NCBI GenBank assembly: GCA_963674755.2 | Contig: CAXXVS010000003.1 | Span: 352,001-416,000 of the forward strand | DNA length: 64,000 bases | Source: Desulfobacterales bacterium | Lineage (GTDB): Bacteria; Desulfobacterota; Desulfobacteria; Desulfobacterales; UBA5852 | Direction of reading: 5' to 3' | Part shown: piece by piece, positions 62,137 through 64,000 of the stretch | Layout: the number at the start of each line of letters is the position of its first letter | Numbering within the stretch: position 1 is the first letter of the stretch | The notes under the pieces: model-generated | Seen by the model: only the letters and a program-made list of their open reading frames with translations | Databases searched by the model: none | Told to the model about the DNA's origin: nothing | Program-made: the position numbers and the translations under genes

Positions 62137-62982
62137 ATCGAAATTATTTCCAACGTCGAAGCAATGCAACAGCGGTCCCGTGAGTTGCATCGTGCGGGGC
62201 GGACTTTGGCATTCGTACCCACCATGGGATTTCTGCACGAAGGGCATCTGGCGCTGATGCATGAAGGGCGGCAGCGGGCCGATATTCTTGTTGCCAGCAT
62301 TTATGTCAATCCGACCCAGTTTGCGCCGGGAGAGGATTTCGAGACCTACCCCCGGGACATGGAAAAAGATGCCAAGCTGGCCCGAACGGTGCCCGTGGAT
62401 ATTCTGTTTACGCCGGATGACCGGGCCATTTACGGTGACGGCTGCCAAACCTACGTGACTCCCCAGGATCTTGCCAACCGCATGTGCGGCCTTTCGCGGC
62501 CCATTTTTTTCCGTGGGGTCGCCACCGTGGTCACCAAATTGTTTCACATGGTCAACCCCCATATCGCCCTCTTTGGCGAAAAAGATTTTCAGCAGTTGGC
62601 CATTATCCGCCGCATGGTGAAAGATCTCAATTTCCAGGTTGATATTGTCGGCGTGCCGACGGTCCGGGAACCCGACGGATTGGCCATGAGCTCCCGCAAT
62701 GCTTATCTAAGATCAAACCAGCGGCCGGCCGCTCTGAGTCTCAACCGATCGCTACGGAAGGCGCAAGCCTTGGTTGCCGCCGGGGAGACCAGGGCTGCGA
62801 AAATTATAGAAACCACCGAAGCGAGGATTCGCACGTTTCCGGATACCGTTATCGATTATGTTGTGATCGTGGATACCGAAACCCTTGAAGACGTGGCTGT
62901 GATTGACCGTCCCGTCAGGATGGCGATGGCGGTCAAGGTCGGATCGACCCGGCTGATCGACAACATGCCTCTGACACCCTGA
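62137..62982 (+). CDS. panC: Pantoate--beta-alanine ligase
   Basis: FVPTMGFLHEGH, VNPTQF, FRGVATVV, FGEKDFQQ, REPDGLAMSSRN, RLIDN. First ATG is 62164; probable start is ATC 62137. Confidence 0.95.
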   Translation: MEIISNVEAMQQRSRELHRAGRTLAFVPTMGFLHEGHLALMHEGRQRADILVASIYVNPTQFAPGEDFETYPRDMEKDAKLARTVPVDILFTPDDRAIYGDGCQTYVTPQDLANRMCGLSRPIFFRGVATVVTKLFHMVNPHIALFGEKDFQQLAIIRRMVKDLNFQVDIVGVPTVREPDGLAMSSRNAYLRSNQRPAALSLNRSLRKAQALVAAGETRAAKIIETTEARIRTFPDTVIDYVVIVDTETLEDVAVIDRPVRMAMAVKVGSTRLIDNMPLTP

Positions 62983-63035
62983 AGCGATTCAGGACCAGGC
63001 GTCTCAGGGGCGCACCATAAAGGAGAACATTTGCA

Positions 63036-64000
63036 ATGGGCAACGAACAGTTTTTTTTCACCTCTGAATCCGTCACGGAAGGCCATCCCGACAAAGTAGC
63101 CGACCAGATTTCGGATGCCGTTCTGGACGCCATCATCGGGCAGGATAAACACTGCCGGGTGGCCTGTGAAACCCTCGTGACCACCGGCCTGGCCTTCGTG
63201 GCCGGTGAAATCACCACCGAGTGCTATGTCGACATTCCCCAGATCGTGCGGGACACGATCCAGGATATCGGCTACTGCTCCTCCCAGATGGGCTTCGATT
63301 ACCAGACCTGCTCGGTGCTTACGAGTATCGACCAGCAGTCGCCCGATATCGCCCAGGGGGTCAATGTGGGCCAGGGCCTTTACAAGGACCAGGGCGCCGG
63401 CGACCAGGGCCTTATGTTCGGCTTTGCCACCGACGAGACGCCTCAATTGATGCCCATGCCGATCATGTATGCCCACACCCTGACACGCCGCCTGGCAACA
63501 GTCCGCAAAAACGGGGCCCTTGATTTTCTCCGGCCGGACGGCAAATCCCAGGTGACCGTCGAATATGAAAACGGCACGCCCAAACGGGTGGATACCGTTG
63601 TCATCTCCACCCAGCACAAGCCGGATGTCACCCACGAGACCATCCGTGAGGCGGTCATTGAAGAGGTGATCAAGAAAGTCATTCCCCGGAGCATGATTGA
63701 TGGAGATACCAAGTATTTTATCAACCCCACGGGCAAATTTGTCGTAGGCGGCCCCATGGGTGACTGCGGTCTCACCGGGCGCAAGATCATCGTCGATACC
63801 TATGGCGGACAGGGCAGCCACGGCGGCGGGTGTTTTTCCGGCAAGGACCCGTCCAAGGTGGACCGCAGTGCGTCCTACATGGGACGCCATATCGCCAAAA
63901 ACGTGGTTGCCGCCGGATTGGCCAAAAAGTGCGAGGTGCAAATCGCCTATGCCATCGGCGTGGCCCAGCCGGTTTCAGTGATGGTGGATTTGATGGGCAC
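63036..64000 (+). CDS. metK: S-adenosylmethionine synthetase (runs off window end)
   Basis: Manual translation [27 protein letters not shown]...GAGDQG...[11 protein letters not shown]...[10 protein letters not shown]. Confidence 0.97.
   Translation, partial: MGNEQFFFTSESVTEGHPDKVADQISDAVLDAIIGQDKHCRVACETLVTTGLAFVAGEITTECYVDIPQIVRDTIQDIGYCSSQMGFDYQTCSVLTSIDQQSPDIAQGVNVGQGLYKDQGAGDQGLMFGFATDETPQLMPMPIMYAHTLTRRLATVRKNGALDFLRPDGKSQVTVEYENGTPKRVDTVVISTQHKPDVTHETIREAVIEEVIKKVIPRSMIDGDTKYFINPTGKFVVGGPMGDCGLTGRKIIVDTYGGQGSHGGGCFSGKDPSKVDRSASYMGRHIAKNVVAAGLAKKCEVQIAYAIGVAQPVSVMVDLMG

Noticed and set aside
62856..63941. 361-aa minus-strand ORF
   Set aside because: Antisense shadow of metK, which the ORF track omits because it has no stop in the window.

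Overview
GC-rich core chromosome near the origin/partition region of a deltaproteobacterium; gene content suggests Desulfobacterales (inference). Order: dnaN (3' end)-gyrB-thyA-like, a 563-bp IS200/IS605 element inserted right after the asnS stop, asnS, degP, radical SAM fusion-rng, rpmH-rnpA-yidD-yidC-jag-mnmE, a perfect parS, YkgJ/hypothetical/PrmA-like genes, an orphan intergenic module with DnaA-box-like and NrdR-box-like motifs, oadG-oadB-triple rubredoxin membrane protein, a purine nucleoside ABC operon with embedded gpt, hisI-hisG-aminotransferase-yihA-era-ATP-grasp-HNH, PBP1A, USP/TAXI-TRAP/two-component locus, dksA-PHP-rnc-radical SAM, DUF4126, cobalamin riboswitch-cobT, dppABCDF, an expanded Mrp-type antiporter operon with small extra subunits and a cNMP-binding protein, panC (probable ATC start) and metK (partial). 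I saw no rRNA, tRNA, CRISPR array or prophage. Best leads: the orphan DnaA/NrdR-like module next to parS, the oadGB-rubredoxin unit lacking oadA, the non-AUG start of panC, a uORF/terminator in the rpmH leader, and the GacA-box-like operator. All family assignments are by eye; no database searches were run.
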